A stretch of 64,000 nucleotides of DNA from Ruditapes philippinarum (GCF_026571515.1 NW_026859735.1:186001-250000); one strand, 5' to 3'; shown: positions 38,800 to 53,100, counted from the stretch's first letter. Translations and numbers: made by a program. The notes: generated by a model from the letters alone, not told the origin.

Positions 38800-39066
38800 T
38801 GTTTGTTTGGGTTTAACGTCGCACCAACACAGTATAAGTCATATCTGCATATGGCGACTTTACAGCTTTACTGGTGGCTGAAAGAGCCCAGCTAGGTGCC
38901 CCTGTGTGCATTATTTCATGTAAAAACGGGCATCGGAGTAGAACCACCGAAGTTCTGGTAGGTAGCTGAATAGCTGTCTCACATGAAAACAATCCAAAGA
39001 CGCTTGCGCGGCTGGAACCTACAGCGGTGAGAGTCAACGATTTTAACCACTTGGCCATAGACGCCC
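38800..39066 (-). mobile_element. tRNA-derived SINE family B (near full length)
   Basis: The reverse complement begins GGGCGTCTATGGCCAAGTGGTTAA (A box), has GTAGGTTCCAGCC (B-box-like) and the body GGTGGTTCTACTC..TGCCCG..GAAATAATGCAC, and ends in an (AAAC)n tail. Several sister copies are in the window. Confidence 0.8.
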
Positions 39067-39629
39067 ATATCATTCGTGTAACAGTTAAAATCTGTAAAAG
39101 ACTTGCAATGTAGGAATTAATCTAAATCAGTCCTGAATTATATATCTTACGTAATATTTCAAACCAGCGTTTTAAAATAAAAATGTTTTGCGGTTTAATG
39201 ACACTCAGTACTTCAATGGGTACTTAAATTATAAAGTCAGCAGATGTTATGATTTGCCAGATTATCACAGTCATATAGCATTAAATTTTGTAGAAGACTA
39301 CCAAAGAAGCAATACACTGAAGTTTGGTCAAATTTACTCACAGGACTGAGAGATATTGTTTGTGTGAAAGAAATGGCCAATGAATGCTCGGCAGATAATG
39401 AACACCAAGTGATCATAAAAGTCACTATTTTCGCTCAGGTTCTACTTATAAAACAGCAATACATATCCATCCATTTGTTGTGTATACACAAATTAAGGAG
39501 AGTAGATAAGGTAACACATATTTTGAAGTAATCAAGTTTACTATACTGCAAACACTTGGATCATTTCGCTCTTCTCATGATAAAAATGTGTCAGGGCCTC
39601 AAACGTATACTTCCAAACGTAGTCCTAGC

Positions 39630-42600
39630 TCACGTCATAAGCATTGTAAAACAACTCATATCATGAGCATTGCTCAACAACTCACATTTTGAACATCGCT
39701 CAATAACTCACCATCATGAACATTGTACAACAACTCACATCATGAACATTACCCAACAACTCACATCATGAACATTGCTCAACAACTAACATCATGAACA
39801 TTGCTCAACAACTAACATCATGAACATTGCTCAACAACTCACATTTTGAACATTGCTCAATAACTCACCATCATGAACATTGTACAACAACTCACATCAT
39901 GAACATTGTTCAACAACTCACATCATGAACATTGCTCAACAACTAACTGTCATGAACATTGCTCAACAACTAATCAGCATGAACATTGCTCAACAACTAA
40001 CTATCATGAACATTGCTCAACAACTAACCATCATGAACATTGTTCATCAACTAACCATCATGAACATTGCTCAACAAATCACCATCATGAACATTGCTCA
40101 ACAACTCACCATCATAAACATTGCTCAACAACTCACCATCATGAACATTGTTCAACAACTAACCTTGATAAACATTGCTCAACAACTAACCATCATGAAC
40201 ATTGTTCATCAACTAACCATCATAAACATTGCTCAACAACTCACATTATGAACATTGCTCAACAACTAAACCATCATGAACATTGCTCATCAACTAACCA
40301 TCATAAACATTGCTCAACAACTCACCATCATGAACATTGCTCAAACAAACTAACCATTATGATCATTGCTCAACAAACTCACTGTCATGAACATTGCTCA
40401 ACAACTAACCATCATGAACATTGCTCAACAACTAACCATCATGAGCATTGCTCAACAAATCACCATCATGAACATTGCTCAACAACTCACCATCATGAAC
40501 ATTACTCAACAACTCACCATCATGAACATTGCTCAACAACTAACCTTGATAAACATTGCTCAACAACTTACCATCATGAACATTGCTCAACAACTAACCA
40601 TCATGAACATTGCTCATCAACTAACCATCATAAACATTGCTCAACAACTCACCATCATGAACATTGCTCAACAACTAACCATTATGATCATTGCTCAACA
40701 ACTCACTGTCATGAACATTGCTCAACAACTAACCATCATGAACATTGCTCAACAACTAACCATCATGAACATTGCTCAACAACTCACATCATGAACATTG
40801 CTCAACAACTCACCATCATGAACATTGCTCAACAACTAACCATCATGAACATTGCTCAACAACTAACCATCATGAACATTGCTCAACAACTCACATCATG
40901 AACATTGCTCAACAACTCACATCATGAACATTGCTCAACAACTCACATTATGAACATTGCTCAACATTTCACATCATGAACATTGCTCAACAACTCACCA
41001 TCATGAACATTGCTCAACAACAATTACCATCATGAACATCGCTAAACAACTAACATCATAAACATTGCTCAACAACTCTTATGAACATTCCTCAACAACC
41101 AACATCTTGAACAATACTCAACAACTCACCATCATGAACATTGCTCAACAACTAATTATCATGAACATTACTCAACAAGTTACTGTCATGAACATTGCTC
41201 AATAACTCATATTGTGAGCTTTGCTCATTAACTTACCATCATGAATATTGCTCAACAACTCTCCATCATGAACATTGCTCAACAACTCATCGTCATGAAC
41301 ATTGCTCGACAACTCACATCATGAACATTGTTCAACAGCTCACATTATAAACATTGCCCAACAAATCACCATCATGAACATTGCTCAACAACTCTCCATC
41401 ATGAACATTGCTCAACAACTAACCATCATGAACATTGCTCAACAACTCACCATCATGAACATTACTCAACAACTCACCATCATGAACATTACTCAACAAC
41501 TCACCATCATGAACATTGCTCAACAACTAACCATCATGAACATTGCTCAACAACTCGCATTAGTAATCACAATGTGATGGCTCAACAACCCACCATCATG
41601 TGTCCATCATGAACATTGCTTAACAACTCTCATCATGAATATTGCTCAACAAATCACCATCATTAATCATTGTACAACAACTCACCATCATGAACATTGC
41701 TCAACAATTCACCATCATGAACATTGCTCAACAACTAACCATCATGAACATTGCTCAACAACTTGCATAAGTAATCACAATGTGATGGCTCAACAACCCA
41801 CCATCATGTGTCCATCATGAACATTGCTTAACAACTCTCATCATGAATATTGCTCAACAAATCACCATCATAATCATTGTACAACAACTCACCATCATGA
41901 ACATTGCTCAACAATTCACCATCATGAACATTACTCAACAACTAACCATCATGAACATTGTTCAACAACTTGCATAAGTAATCACAATGTGATGGCTCAA
42001 CAACCCACCATCATGTGTCCATCATGAACATTGCTTAACAACTCTCATCATGAAATATTGCTCAAACAAATCACAACCATCATAATCATTGTACAAACAA
42101 CTCACCATCATGAACATTGCTCAACAATTCACCATCATGTACATTGCTCAACAACTAACCATCATGAACATTGCTCAACAACTCACATCATGAACATTAC
42201 CCAACAACTCACATTATGAACATTGCTCAACAACTAATCATTGTGAACATTGCTAAGCAACTAATCGTCATGGACATTGTTCAACAAATTACCATCATGA
42301 ACATTGTACAACAACTCACATTATGAACATTGCTCAACAACTCACATTATGAACATTGCTCAACAACTAATCATTGTGAACATTGCTTAGCAACTAATCG
42401 TCATGAACATTGCTCAACAACTCACCATCATGAACATTGCTCAACAACTCACATCATGAACATTGCTCAACAACTCACATCATGAACATTGCTCAACAAC
42501 TCACCATCATGAACATTGCTCAACAACTCACATCATGAACATTGCTCAACAACTCACATCATGAACATTGCTCAACAACTCACATCATGAACATTGCTCA

Positions 42601-42650
42601 ACAACTAACCATGAAGAACATTGCTTAGCAACTAATCGTCATGAACACTT
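39630..42650. repeat. Minisatellite, 26/27-bp unit, about 110 copies
   Basis: Consensus CATCATGAACATTGCTCAACAACT(A/C)AC. It produces the HHEHCSTTN and MNIAQQLTI periodic ORFs. Confidence 0.97.
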
Positions 42651-42654
42651 GGCA

Positions 42655-43235
42655 AAGCCATTTTGACCTCACAGACATGACTTATATCGTAGTTTCACAA
42701 AGGAAGACTAAATGAATCTTCCTATACAGGTCAATATAATTTATATGACCCTTGGGCAGGGGGAATTTTGACCCCAGATACATGATTTAAATTATTTTTG
42801 TAGAGGACCACAAGGTGATGCTACATACCAAATATCTTATCTCTTGGAATTTCAGTTTTGTAAAAGTAGACTTAAATGAATTTTCCTATATATTCCTATG
42901 AAAACTAAGTGAACCCTAGGACAGGGCCAGTTTTGACCCTAGGTTGATACTACTTGCCATATACTGTATCTAAGTTCTGAGCATTGTAGTTTCTGAGAAG
43001 AAGATTTTTGAAGATTTCAGTTTTAAAGACTATTTTTAGCTCCTGTGACCTACTAATGCATTAGACTGGAACCAATTATTTAACTTTTGTAGACGGCCAT
43101 CTAAGGATCATTCGGCCAAAATCCATAAAGTGGTTCAGAATGAGGTGTTGTTTTTATAGTAATGAACTACAAGCAACGAACACACTGCCATCACAAAAGT
43201 TCACCTCTACACAATCTTTGCTAAGGTTAGCTATT
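42655..43235 (-). mobile_element. Degenerate Helentron-derived (HINE) remnant
   Basis: Repeated TTTTGACCCC units, GAAGAAGATTTTT, and a terminal CACAAAAGTTCACC...AGGTTAGCTA structure. Confidence 0.5.
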
Positions 43236-45876
43236 AACAACGTTATTTGAAGAAATAGAAAACAAGAACTCAAAAATGCAATGATAACAATTTAATAAAT
43301 CTTAATTTTTCTTCACAATAAACAAGCGTGACTTGTAAATAAATAATTAAAGCAAGCAATATGCAGATTTGCCCACAAAGTTTACAATTCTTTGTAAAAC
43401 CAAGCATTTAGAATCAAACCCTCTTCATAAAGACCAGACCCCTTTTAATAAGACCACTGATAGAGAATGGTTTAAACTGACTTATAAATATGGTTGTTCA
43501 TCATAAAAGTTACAATCAAAAGTAAAAATCTTTGGTATTTTAAAACAGTCACAAGAATCTTTAGAGGCATAAGGTAGTCTATATTCCCAGGTGGTCTTTA
43601 TGACAGACTTGACTGGTACCAACATAAACAAAACAATAAATACAATCAAACATATTTCATTTCATACCAAAATTTGTATTTCAATATGCCTGAAATATTA
43701 ATTTATAATATCAAATGATGTTTTTTTTCCAGCGCCTTTCCCCTACTGAATTACTGTAATGGACTAAACCTGACTTTGAATTTAGACAGCAATGACTTAC
43801 AGCAAAGTCTGAGTTTCGACCATTGACATAAATTCGCGAAATATTTTATCAAAAGACTATTTCCACATACATGTACAATTTACTTGTGACTGAAATTCTT
43901 GAAATCTTTTATCAAAATAGTACATGTATTCCCATATACTTGTGACAAATTCTTGAAATATCTTATCAAAAGACTATTTCCACATACTTGTGACTCAATT
44001 TTTGAAATCCTTTATTATAATATTACTTTCTAACTAAGAATATAATTATTCAAGAATACAACTTTATAAAATCATTAAATGCAACCATTTCATTTTATTC
44101 CTACTTTAATCACTTTTTCCTTTACAAACTAAAATAACCTTACTATGTCTCAGACATGCTGCTTTAACATCAATGATTTACATCTCATTTCAATAAATGC
44201 TAAACATATTCATATTCATTTATTTAAATCTTAATTCCCTTTACATAAACAACCATTCATTTAGAAAATGTGTATCAAAAATTTGAAAAATGTCGAGCTT
44301 GCTACATTTGTGAAACCTATCTTTATAACTGTTGACTTTGCATCAAAACTGTGTCAATAATTCAATAAATAACATTTCATCAATAAAATATGTAAATAAA
44401 TCAGTACAACCTTTTAATGCACAAAAAAATGCATAAATTATAGGATCAACGCAACACTGCAGTAACAGTCTATGACCAGTTTACCATAGAGACCGGTATG
44501 ACCAGCTTACCAAAAATGTCCCCCAAGAGCAGTTTACCCCAACAACAGATGATCTATTTAGGTATCAGCACTGTACCACTCATGTCCCTATGAGTAAAGC
44601 TGGGAGGATTATTTTGTGGTGCTGCCATAACTCATGGCCCAATCATTTACACTAAATAAGTTAACTTGTAATTCTACATAAATGTTCTTGCTTTTAGCAA
44701 ATTGTATGCTGACTAATGAAATAAAAATAAATTAGAAATACAGAATTACGTAAACTATATAACATTATTATTATTATTATTATCATCAAAGACATGATTT
44801 CATAAAGTTGAAACATTTTTTTTCTCATATGTTCTTACTTTAATGACCTACATGTATACAGACAAGGTTATAAGTCATTAGGTACATTGTGTACCTTAAA
44901 AAAGGCCTTAACATGCTTACAACAGAAAGTGCAGTGAACTACATTAGTAAGTAACAAATGTGAAATAACTGTAAATAACTAACATATTTAGCGCTGTAAC
45001 TAAAAATAGCAGTAAAATATTTCTACTTACATGTACATGTGGTATTAACTAACAAATCATCAATAATTATACAAAAATACAATATTTGATAACAAATATC
45101 TTAAGTTTTCTTTCATTTCACATAATTCTAGCCCTAATTCAACAAAACAAAATGCCTTCAAACCTATGCCCAAACAAAAACCCATGTATTATAGCATCTT
45201 GAAAATTTTCAAGAACATATATTGCTAGCACCATAAACATGTATTCATTTAATATAAATGAAGCTCATAATAGTTTCAGTGTTTTTTTGTTTGTTTTTTT
45301 GATCAAGCAGAATTTTTTCATTATCTCCACAGCTTAAAGTGTTGAAAATTTCCAATTCTGAGAATTTCCCAACATTTCATTTCGCAAAAGCATTTCTTTC
45401 TTGCAGAAAAAAATTGCAAAACAATTAAGCAAATCACTGTACATGTAATTGTACCACTGAAACCTATCTCAAAAGACCGGTATCTAGAAAGAATGGCCAA
45501 TATTGCCATAAGCCGTCTCTAAAATATGGTAATAAAACAGTGTAAGTGCTCAATTTGTTACATAAAGACAGGTGGTATTGCAATGTCCACTGATTCTCTA
45601 TAGTTTGATAGTGGCCTTTTTAAAATGTAAAGACATAACAGGACAAAGTTCAAGTGTAGAAGTCCACGCATTTACTGGGTCCCTGCAGTAATCTGAACAT
45701 TGTGCTAATTTGCATACATAGCACCACCTACATGTACATGTATTTTTGTACATGTATGTACAATGCACATGTAACAGATTAACCTAGATGATAGATGACA
45801 TTTTCCTAAATCATTCACTCAAACTTTGATGCTATGAAAGACTACTGTAAATTAAAGATGTACATGTAACACTTAA

Positions 45877-46227
45877 GGCTGCACACCTCCAGATGAGCCA
45901 AAATATTTCAAGAAAATCAATATTGAGAAAAATATACAAAAATATTAAGAAAAGTAAAAAACATTCAAGATCCAAATTATATTTCACATGTTATATGTCG
46001 TTTAAGACTGGCTTTGCAGTATTTTATCACCATATTTCTACTGCGTTACTAATGCAGAAAGAGCTGTTTTTGCATATGTTGACCACTTTTTCAGTAATTT
46101 TCTTAGATTGTTAGTGCCGATTGCAATATGTAAATTACTTTATTTGTTTACCTCACAATATTTTACTTTTTAAATACATTTCCAAAATTTTCATGAAAAT
46201 TAACATTGAAGCTGGAGGCGTGCTGCT
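45877..46227. mobile_element. Kolobok-type MITE, degenerate
   Basis: TTAA|GGCTGCACACCTCCAGAT ... AGCTGGAGGCGTGCTGCT|TTAT forms an imperfect TIR. Confidence 0.6.
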
Positions 46228-47231
46228 TTATCATTAAATGAAAATTGAATACAGGAAAGTAAACAAATTGATATACATTATGTACCACAAACTTTTTTCA
46301 TGGATAGTACATAATTATCATACATGTAGTAATAAGATTATCAAAAATTTATCAAAAATTTTGAAAATTGCTTCGTTTCTGGTACAACCTAATGTTATTA
46401 TTGAACAAAAAATACCCTGTTAATTAATACACTTAAATGTGCAATATATATTTTGTTATTGATTAAAAATTGATAAATTTTGTATTTGCTGAACTAAGAA
46501 TATGTCATTATGCAGATATAATGGGTATAATAAATTCATTGCAAATTCAATAAAACTGAGAGAAAAAGAGCTACAAAGTACAAAAAGTTTAATACTTGGA
46601 AGCTGTCATCTAAAAGGTAAAGGGGTAGGTTTATAAAAGTCTCATTTTATCACTAAAAGGTCACAAACGGTATCTTTGTTTTCTCAACAATAAACTTCAA
46701 GATGACATTTAGAAAGCCTAACATAAACAAACTTCTCTTTCCTCGATTACCTTATCTAAATACAAACAAACTTCAGGTGAACAGCACATGTTGACAAAAT
46801 TCGTTTTTATCTCAACTTCCTTAACAGTAAAACTTTACATTTCATTGTACATGTAGACCTGTTACATTTTAAAAGTTTATTAAACAAGCTTTAAGGGACC
46901 AGTCTGATTTGTTGCAAATGTTTGTAACCCTGCCATTGGTCAATTTATAAGCTGTACTTGGAATCAACCAATGATATGCATTTAAGTCTTAGACTGATTC
47001 CAGTTAAACTTTGTAGTAAATTCTGAGCACAAAGTACTGTACTTCTCTGGCTATTTGGAGAAAAAGAGAGAGAAAAAATCCTGATAAAATGAAAAGAGAA
47101 TATGTTTGAATGAAATGAGAATTTGAGACAACAGCATAAAGACCTTTTAACTGAGATTTCTGAAAGTAATTCACACTGATGTTTCTACACAAGACGCCCT
47201 TTATGTAATAGTAAATAATACTAGATCTGTC

Positions 47232-49871
47232 CTATTCAACACTAAGGGGTCTGGTCATGATTCCGTAAGTAATGCGTGATAATTTCTTCATCAGATGATT
47301 AATTGTTCCTGCCTGTTTGGTTCTCAGTTTCAACGGATTTAGTGAATTATGCCTGTCACCTTGACGTGGAACACTTCTGACTACATTTAGTTCTAACATA
47401 CCATATTCATTTGGTAGAATCCAGTTAATTTCAGAGTATTTGTAGCTGTGAAGCATCACACGGCTCTGAAAGTTTATGATGTGTATACCTACGTCATTAA
47501 CGGCAATAAAACATTTTCCTTGTTGCCGTGGGTTACCGGTTTGTAGGTCACCAGTGAAAAAAGCAGAACCGTACACAGTCAAATTGCGACAATTATTGAG
47601 AAACTCAAGTTGTAGCACCTGTGTCCGCAACGGCTGATCTTTTGCACAGAGATCACGATACTTGTGATAGATACGATTTCCCCAGTTTGATTTTGATTTC
47701 AAGTTTGGTTGGGGCACAAGCTGTTGTAAGTTTCTGTGAGTAGAAACAAAAGATCTGGCAGACTGTTGGTCTGAGCTGTGGCTGAGATACAGAAGTATGG
47801 AGCCAAAAAGCAGTACATCTGGCTCTTTGCATGGGTAGAAAGCATTTATATAATTCTGTTTAGCTTCATGGAACAAAAGTCTTACAGCATGAGGGTGATC
47901 CACAACTCTTTCAACAATTAAACTAATTTTTGCGTTTCGTCTCCATTTTAAATGTGGTTCCTCCTGTGTTGGATCTCCATCAGTCAAATTTCCGACGATC
48001 TTGTACTGCCAGCTACTCATGTGCTCTAGGGGTTTATGTTCTGGTTTCAGCTGTAGCTCTAGACTTGGGGAGCATATCCAGATTGTGAAAATATCGGCAT
48101 ATGGAATCTCCGGCATATTGAATTCTTTCAGCATCTGTTGGTTCAATTGCTGCACAGTTGTGTTAGCTCCATCAATAAGGTTCAAGCTGATACTGTTTCC
48201 ATCCATTGTCAATACCTGAGTAATAAAATAAGAAATGCAGGTATGGTCCAATGATTTAAGGATGTGAAGTTACCCACCGAAGAAATATAAAATAATTCTG
48301 CAGACCTAAAGTCACCTTGACCTGCAAAGGGTGAAAATCATTACAAGAATTCAATTTCAATACAGTATATAGAAGCTTTTTGTAAACAGGAATTTTCTAG
48401 AAATGAATCAAGTAAACTAAAGTGTAAATTGAATTGTCTTCACGCTTTAAAAGTACACTCACACACTCATAATCATGATCAATTCTTAGGAGTTTAAATA
48501 AAAGTTCTTCCTTTATTTGAAATAAATTTACTGTTTCCATAGTTAAGAAAGAGGCAAATTCTTACAATCATTTAAACAATCTCCTGAAATAAAAACTCTA
48601 ATGCTTACCTGTATTTGTCTTGGCTGTCTTGCTGCTTTCACTAGACACTTTGCTACCTCTTTATGCTCCAAACTAAATTTCTGTTCACACATTTCAAATG
48701 CTGTTCTACCTTTCTTATCCACAAGATTGATGTCTAACTCTGGATGATTCAGCAAAACTTTCACTACAGCCGGGTATCCTTTTATAGCACTCAGGTGTAG
48801 CGGAGTGCGATCATCTGAATTGAGAACGTTTGGTGAGCATCCAGCATTCAGCAACATCTGTACAATTTCTTCATAGCCAAACCATGCTGCAAAGTGAATC
48901 GGTGTCCAACCATAGGGATCTCTCATAGCAAGCTGATAATGCCTTGAAATACAATCCCGAACTTTGGACACATCTCCTTTTGCAGCAAACATATGCACCG
49001 GGTATAATTCTCTTTCTTCCAAAGAATAGCTATCTGGGTCTATTGAACTATTCAAACTACTTTTTCTTGAATTAGTTACAGATTTTATATAATCAGGTGG
49101 GGGACAAGGAACAGTTCTCAAAGGTCTGTTTCCAGGTACAAGATTTGTTCCAAATAATGGATTCATCACAACTTTAGTGCACTTTTCAATTGCCATCATC
49201 TTCGCAGAATATTCATTAGCTGCTATCCTTATTTCTTCCGGGAAGTCACTCATCAACGTTCTTAGATAAAGGGTAGATGAAGATCCAGTGCTGTCTGAAA
49301 GACCCATACTAATTGGAAGAAATGCAGGATTACTAACTGTAAATTTGACTCTGAAATCTGCTCTTGAGCGAAAAACTAATTCTAAAGCACCAGGTTTTGA
49401 ATGTTTTTCTTTCAGCCATTTGTCTATTTGCATTACACAAGTTTTAGTTGGCGGAGGAAAATTCATTGATGAGTTCAATGAATGAAGCAGTGTTTCCAAT
49501 GAATAAAATCCGGGACTGTTTGGTGATTTATCAACAAACACACTGTTTAACTTATCACGCGGGCTTATGGGAATGCAATAGAGTGTAAACCTTGAGAGAG
49601 AAGATCGCTGTCCATCTTTAGTCCATGGAACAATAAGGGCTCTCTCCCCCTTAATCCCAACATGATCTCCACCTGTTATTGTATATAAATGTGAAAGAAT
49701 GAGATCTCTAGGTTCCTTTTCCACTGTAAGGTGAAACGATGGAAAATACTTTTGCTTCCCATGCCTATCAACATTTTTATGGTCCAGTAACAAAATATCA
49801 TACAATTTTGCCCTGTAATCTTGCCCAGATACATTCTGCTTTGGACGAACTACTGCTAAAATCACTTCCAT
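47232..49871 (-). CDS. KRIT1: Krev interaction trapped protein 1 (CCM1) orthologue, about 748 aa, 2 coding exons
   Basis: Exon 49871-48609 (CAG|gtaagc) joins exon 48215-47232 (ctcag|GTA) in phase 0. N-terminal Nudix-like region (VAVVRPK-like start, YRAKLYDILL, GIKGER), NPAF and NPLFG motifs, ankyrin repeats (GWTPIHFAAWFG, RTPLHLSA), and a FERM domain (MDG..NTTVQQ, FTIWICS..LELQLKP.HKPL, YGSAFFTG). Confidence 0.95.
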
Positions 49872-50198
49872 CGAGGAGTTAAATAATCTTATTGCAATTT
49901 AATCAATTCATTCTTCTAAAACGTTGTCAAATAACGCACATTCTCAGTCTGTTAATTGGAACACATATTTGCTGGTTAGAAAAAAAAGTTTACAACTTTC
50001 ACTTCCTGTCATATCTTTTGCGGATGTCGTGTTGCCAGTTTTTTTTTAAATATCTATAGAAACAACAAAGATGAGTAGAAACATTTCATAAACAGTTTCG
50101 GATACAAATTTCTTTAAAAAAATAAATATAAGTCTCAAATTTAGTAATATTTCAACTAGCCGATCTCGATCGAAAGTGAATATTTTACGACATCAAAA
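49872..50198. promoter_or_regulatory. Probable bidirectional promoter and 5' UTRs shared by KRIT1 and WDR59
   Basis: Only 327 bp separate the divergent ATGs. There is an ETS-type ACTTCCTG at 50001-50008 and a palindromic TCGATCGA near 50166. Confidence 0.6.
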
Positions 50199-53100
50199 AT
50201 GACTTCGCAGTGGGGCGAAACTGTCTCTTTTGACTATGGGGATTTGCAAGTAATATGTTTTGTCAAACTGTTATATCCAATGTCAACTATGCTCTCAAGA
50301 ACTCTGCAACATTGTGCAGTATTTAAAGCATATGAATCACAATCAGTCGTTCATAACTCTGCATTTTTCAATTATGATCTGAAACCAACATACATTCGCC
50401 CTCAATTTTATTCGTACTAAGGTATTTTTTTCATAAGTGTGGCACATTTGTCTGGTAAATAATGAATAAAATATCCGAACATATTGTCCCTTTAATAATC
50501 ATATAGAGAATTACTACCTAGCACCTTTATAACACAAGTGTTTGGCACATTCGTCTTGTCAATAATGGTAAAATTATCATAAGTTAATCTCTCAAAATTT
50601 CAATCCAGCACCCGTTTGATATATAAAATATGCACAAGTTATGTAACTCACCATAGCGTATTTACCGTCACAGTCAATATTTTGCTCCCTATTTTTTTTT
50701 AACTGGCTGGTGAATATGCCCAATTGGGCTTATGACATAAAAAATCATATATCTTGAAAAATAATGAAGATATTTCATTTAAATTTCATTTGTTTATTGA
50801 GCATAATATATGACATGAACAAAAAGAATAATATTTAGTTACTGCCACTTTTTTGAGAATTATTTCCCCTTTTTCATGTTTATATAAAACATAATTTTTG
50901 AAGTCCTTAGAAAATATGTTGTAATGTAAAATTTTAACAGAAATGTGTCCAACAACTTCAATTTGCTCCAGATTATTACGCCAGTACCTTTATATTATAC
51001 CTTAATATTCTGTTTCTGCAATAAATATTTTGACATTTCTTTGACACTCACTCGGAACATTGTACTTTGAATTTTTCTTTGAAAACTGAGTGAAATGTAT
51101 GTGTACAGGTGTTGGCGCAATGAATTGGAGCATAAAGAAGTAATTTAACCTATTTTGTTTTATACTTTGCATATGTAACATATTTTTTAAGGACTTCAAA
51201 AATTATGTGATATATTAACATAAAAAAGGGGAAATAATTCTCACAAAAGTGACAGTAACCAGTAAGCCTGACTTGGACTTCAAGAAAACTTAAAATTTCA
51301 CAATGAAAATCAAAGGTCCATTTTATGGCTTACCATTCTTAAAATGGTACTCCCAGCAGGTACGTTCCTGTGAGTGTGATAGGTTTGACATCATTATGTA
51401 AAATCTTATTGACTTAAATAATGTTATAACTACATGTATATGTAATAAAGGACTCAATTCAGTACCTTAAATCAGTCTTACACCCTTTTAATTGAAAATT
51501 AAAATACTTTTTACACTTGATTACAGGCAAACACTATGGCAGTTGACTGCTTGGGCAAGTGGGCACTGTTGGCAGGGTAAGTGAAATATTTATCACAAAG
51601 AAAATTTTATATCTTCACTTTATGATATTGATGGTCCATAATGGATAGAGTGATAAAATGTTTAAACATTATAATGCAACAGTTGCTTTTAATACAGTAT
51701 GTTTACTGGGACATTGCAAATGTACCTATATTTTAAAGGGTATATTTAAGACAACATTTTGCCTTAAAGCGTACAAGGATACCCTGAGATGTCCTTTTGT
51801 GCACAATGATATTTTCAAGCAAGTATTCACACTGTTAGTGATAAACATTTTTAGGGGTACGTAGATAACATTCCTGCGTTCAAGAATTTTGTTTTGGTGA
51901 GTGTGTTTCAAAACTGCACTCACTGGTTAGTGGTGAGGATCAGTTAAATTGTATTTTGATAGTAAATTACTAAATTGTAACAGTATTTGAAAGATATGCT
52001 GAAGACTGGTAAATTATAATTGTTTTCTCTACTAAGTTCTTGACCCTATTATTGAAGCAACAACTCTTTAGTGAAGGGGCAATGGAAAGAATTCAATAGA
52101 TATAATCACCTTAGTGCAATAATGGAATAAGTCCTTAATTTAATAGCAGTTAATCAGTTATTGCACTAAGGTGACAATATGCATGCTTTAATGTTTTCCA
52201 TCATATATTATATTTTCTATCTTTTAAAGACGAAGGGTTCTCGGCCTGGTTGACTTGGATGATCCATTAGAGAAAATGCATCGACTAACTAGACAAAGTA
52301 AATGGGACATAACATGCATACAATGGAATCCCCATGCCTCACATGCGCAACTCTTTGCAGCTACTGTAAGTAAAGTGAACTACCCATTTCATATTTTAGA
52401 AATCATAGAAATTAATTATGTTTCCTGAATCATCTTTATGAAGCTTGGGTCAATACACTTTAGTCATTAATTGGCAAATGTCAGACATTTTAGATGTATG
52501 CATTAAAAAATTTATGATTGGTCTAAATTATGTATTAGCGTAAATATGCATAAGCCTAAAATATGTATTAGCGTAAATTATGCATTAATTAACCTAAAGT
52601 AGGCTAGTCTGATTAAATGTACTTTTGAATAGTGTTTTATTATAAAGGTTAGAATTACTTAATGAATTAAGATTTTAGAAAAACGATGCACAGAATGGAA
52701 ATTGCACACATTGAAAAGTATTTTTACAGACATCAAAAGTATTTTAATTTATTAAAATAGGCAAAAATTTTTTAAGCCAATTATAAACAAAAAGCTATTT
52801 ACAAACATACATGTTTTTCCTATTTTTTGACTACCAGTATATGAAGTAACCTATTTAGATACTTTCTGTACAGGTATTTTAAATACAGAGATGTATATTG
52901 CAAATTTTATTTTGTTTTTGCTATTTTATTCAGTGTAAACAGAGGTTGGACCTTTTTTCGTGGGCAGATGGTTCCAGTAAACAGTCATGTAGTATGAAGG
53001 CTCATTCTAGAAATATCAGGTACTACATTGTAAACATGATTTGATTTATATGTATATGGCAAGATTTTACTTCTCGCAGTATGTCTTTTTCCAAAGCTTT

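Noticed and set aside
39880-42219. His/Cys-rich metal-binding-like ORFs (HHEHCSTTN)n
   Set aside because: The 27-bp minisatellite has frequent 26-bp frame-shifting units, so the reading frame is not preserved.
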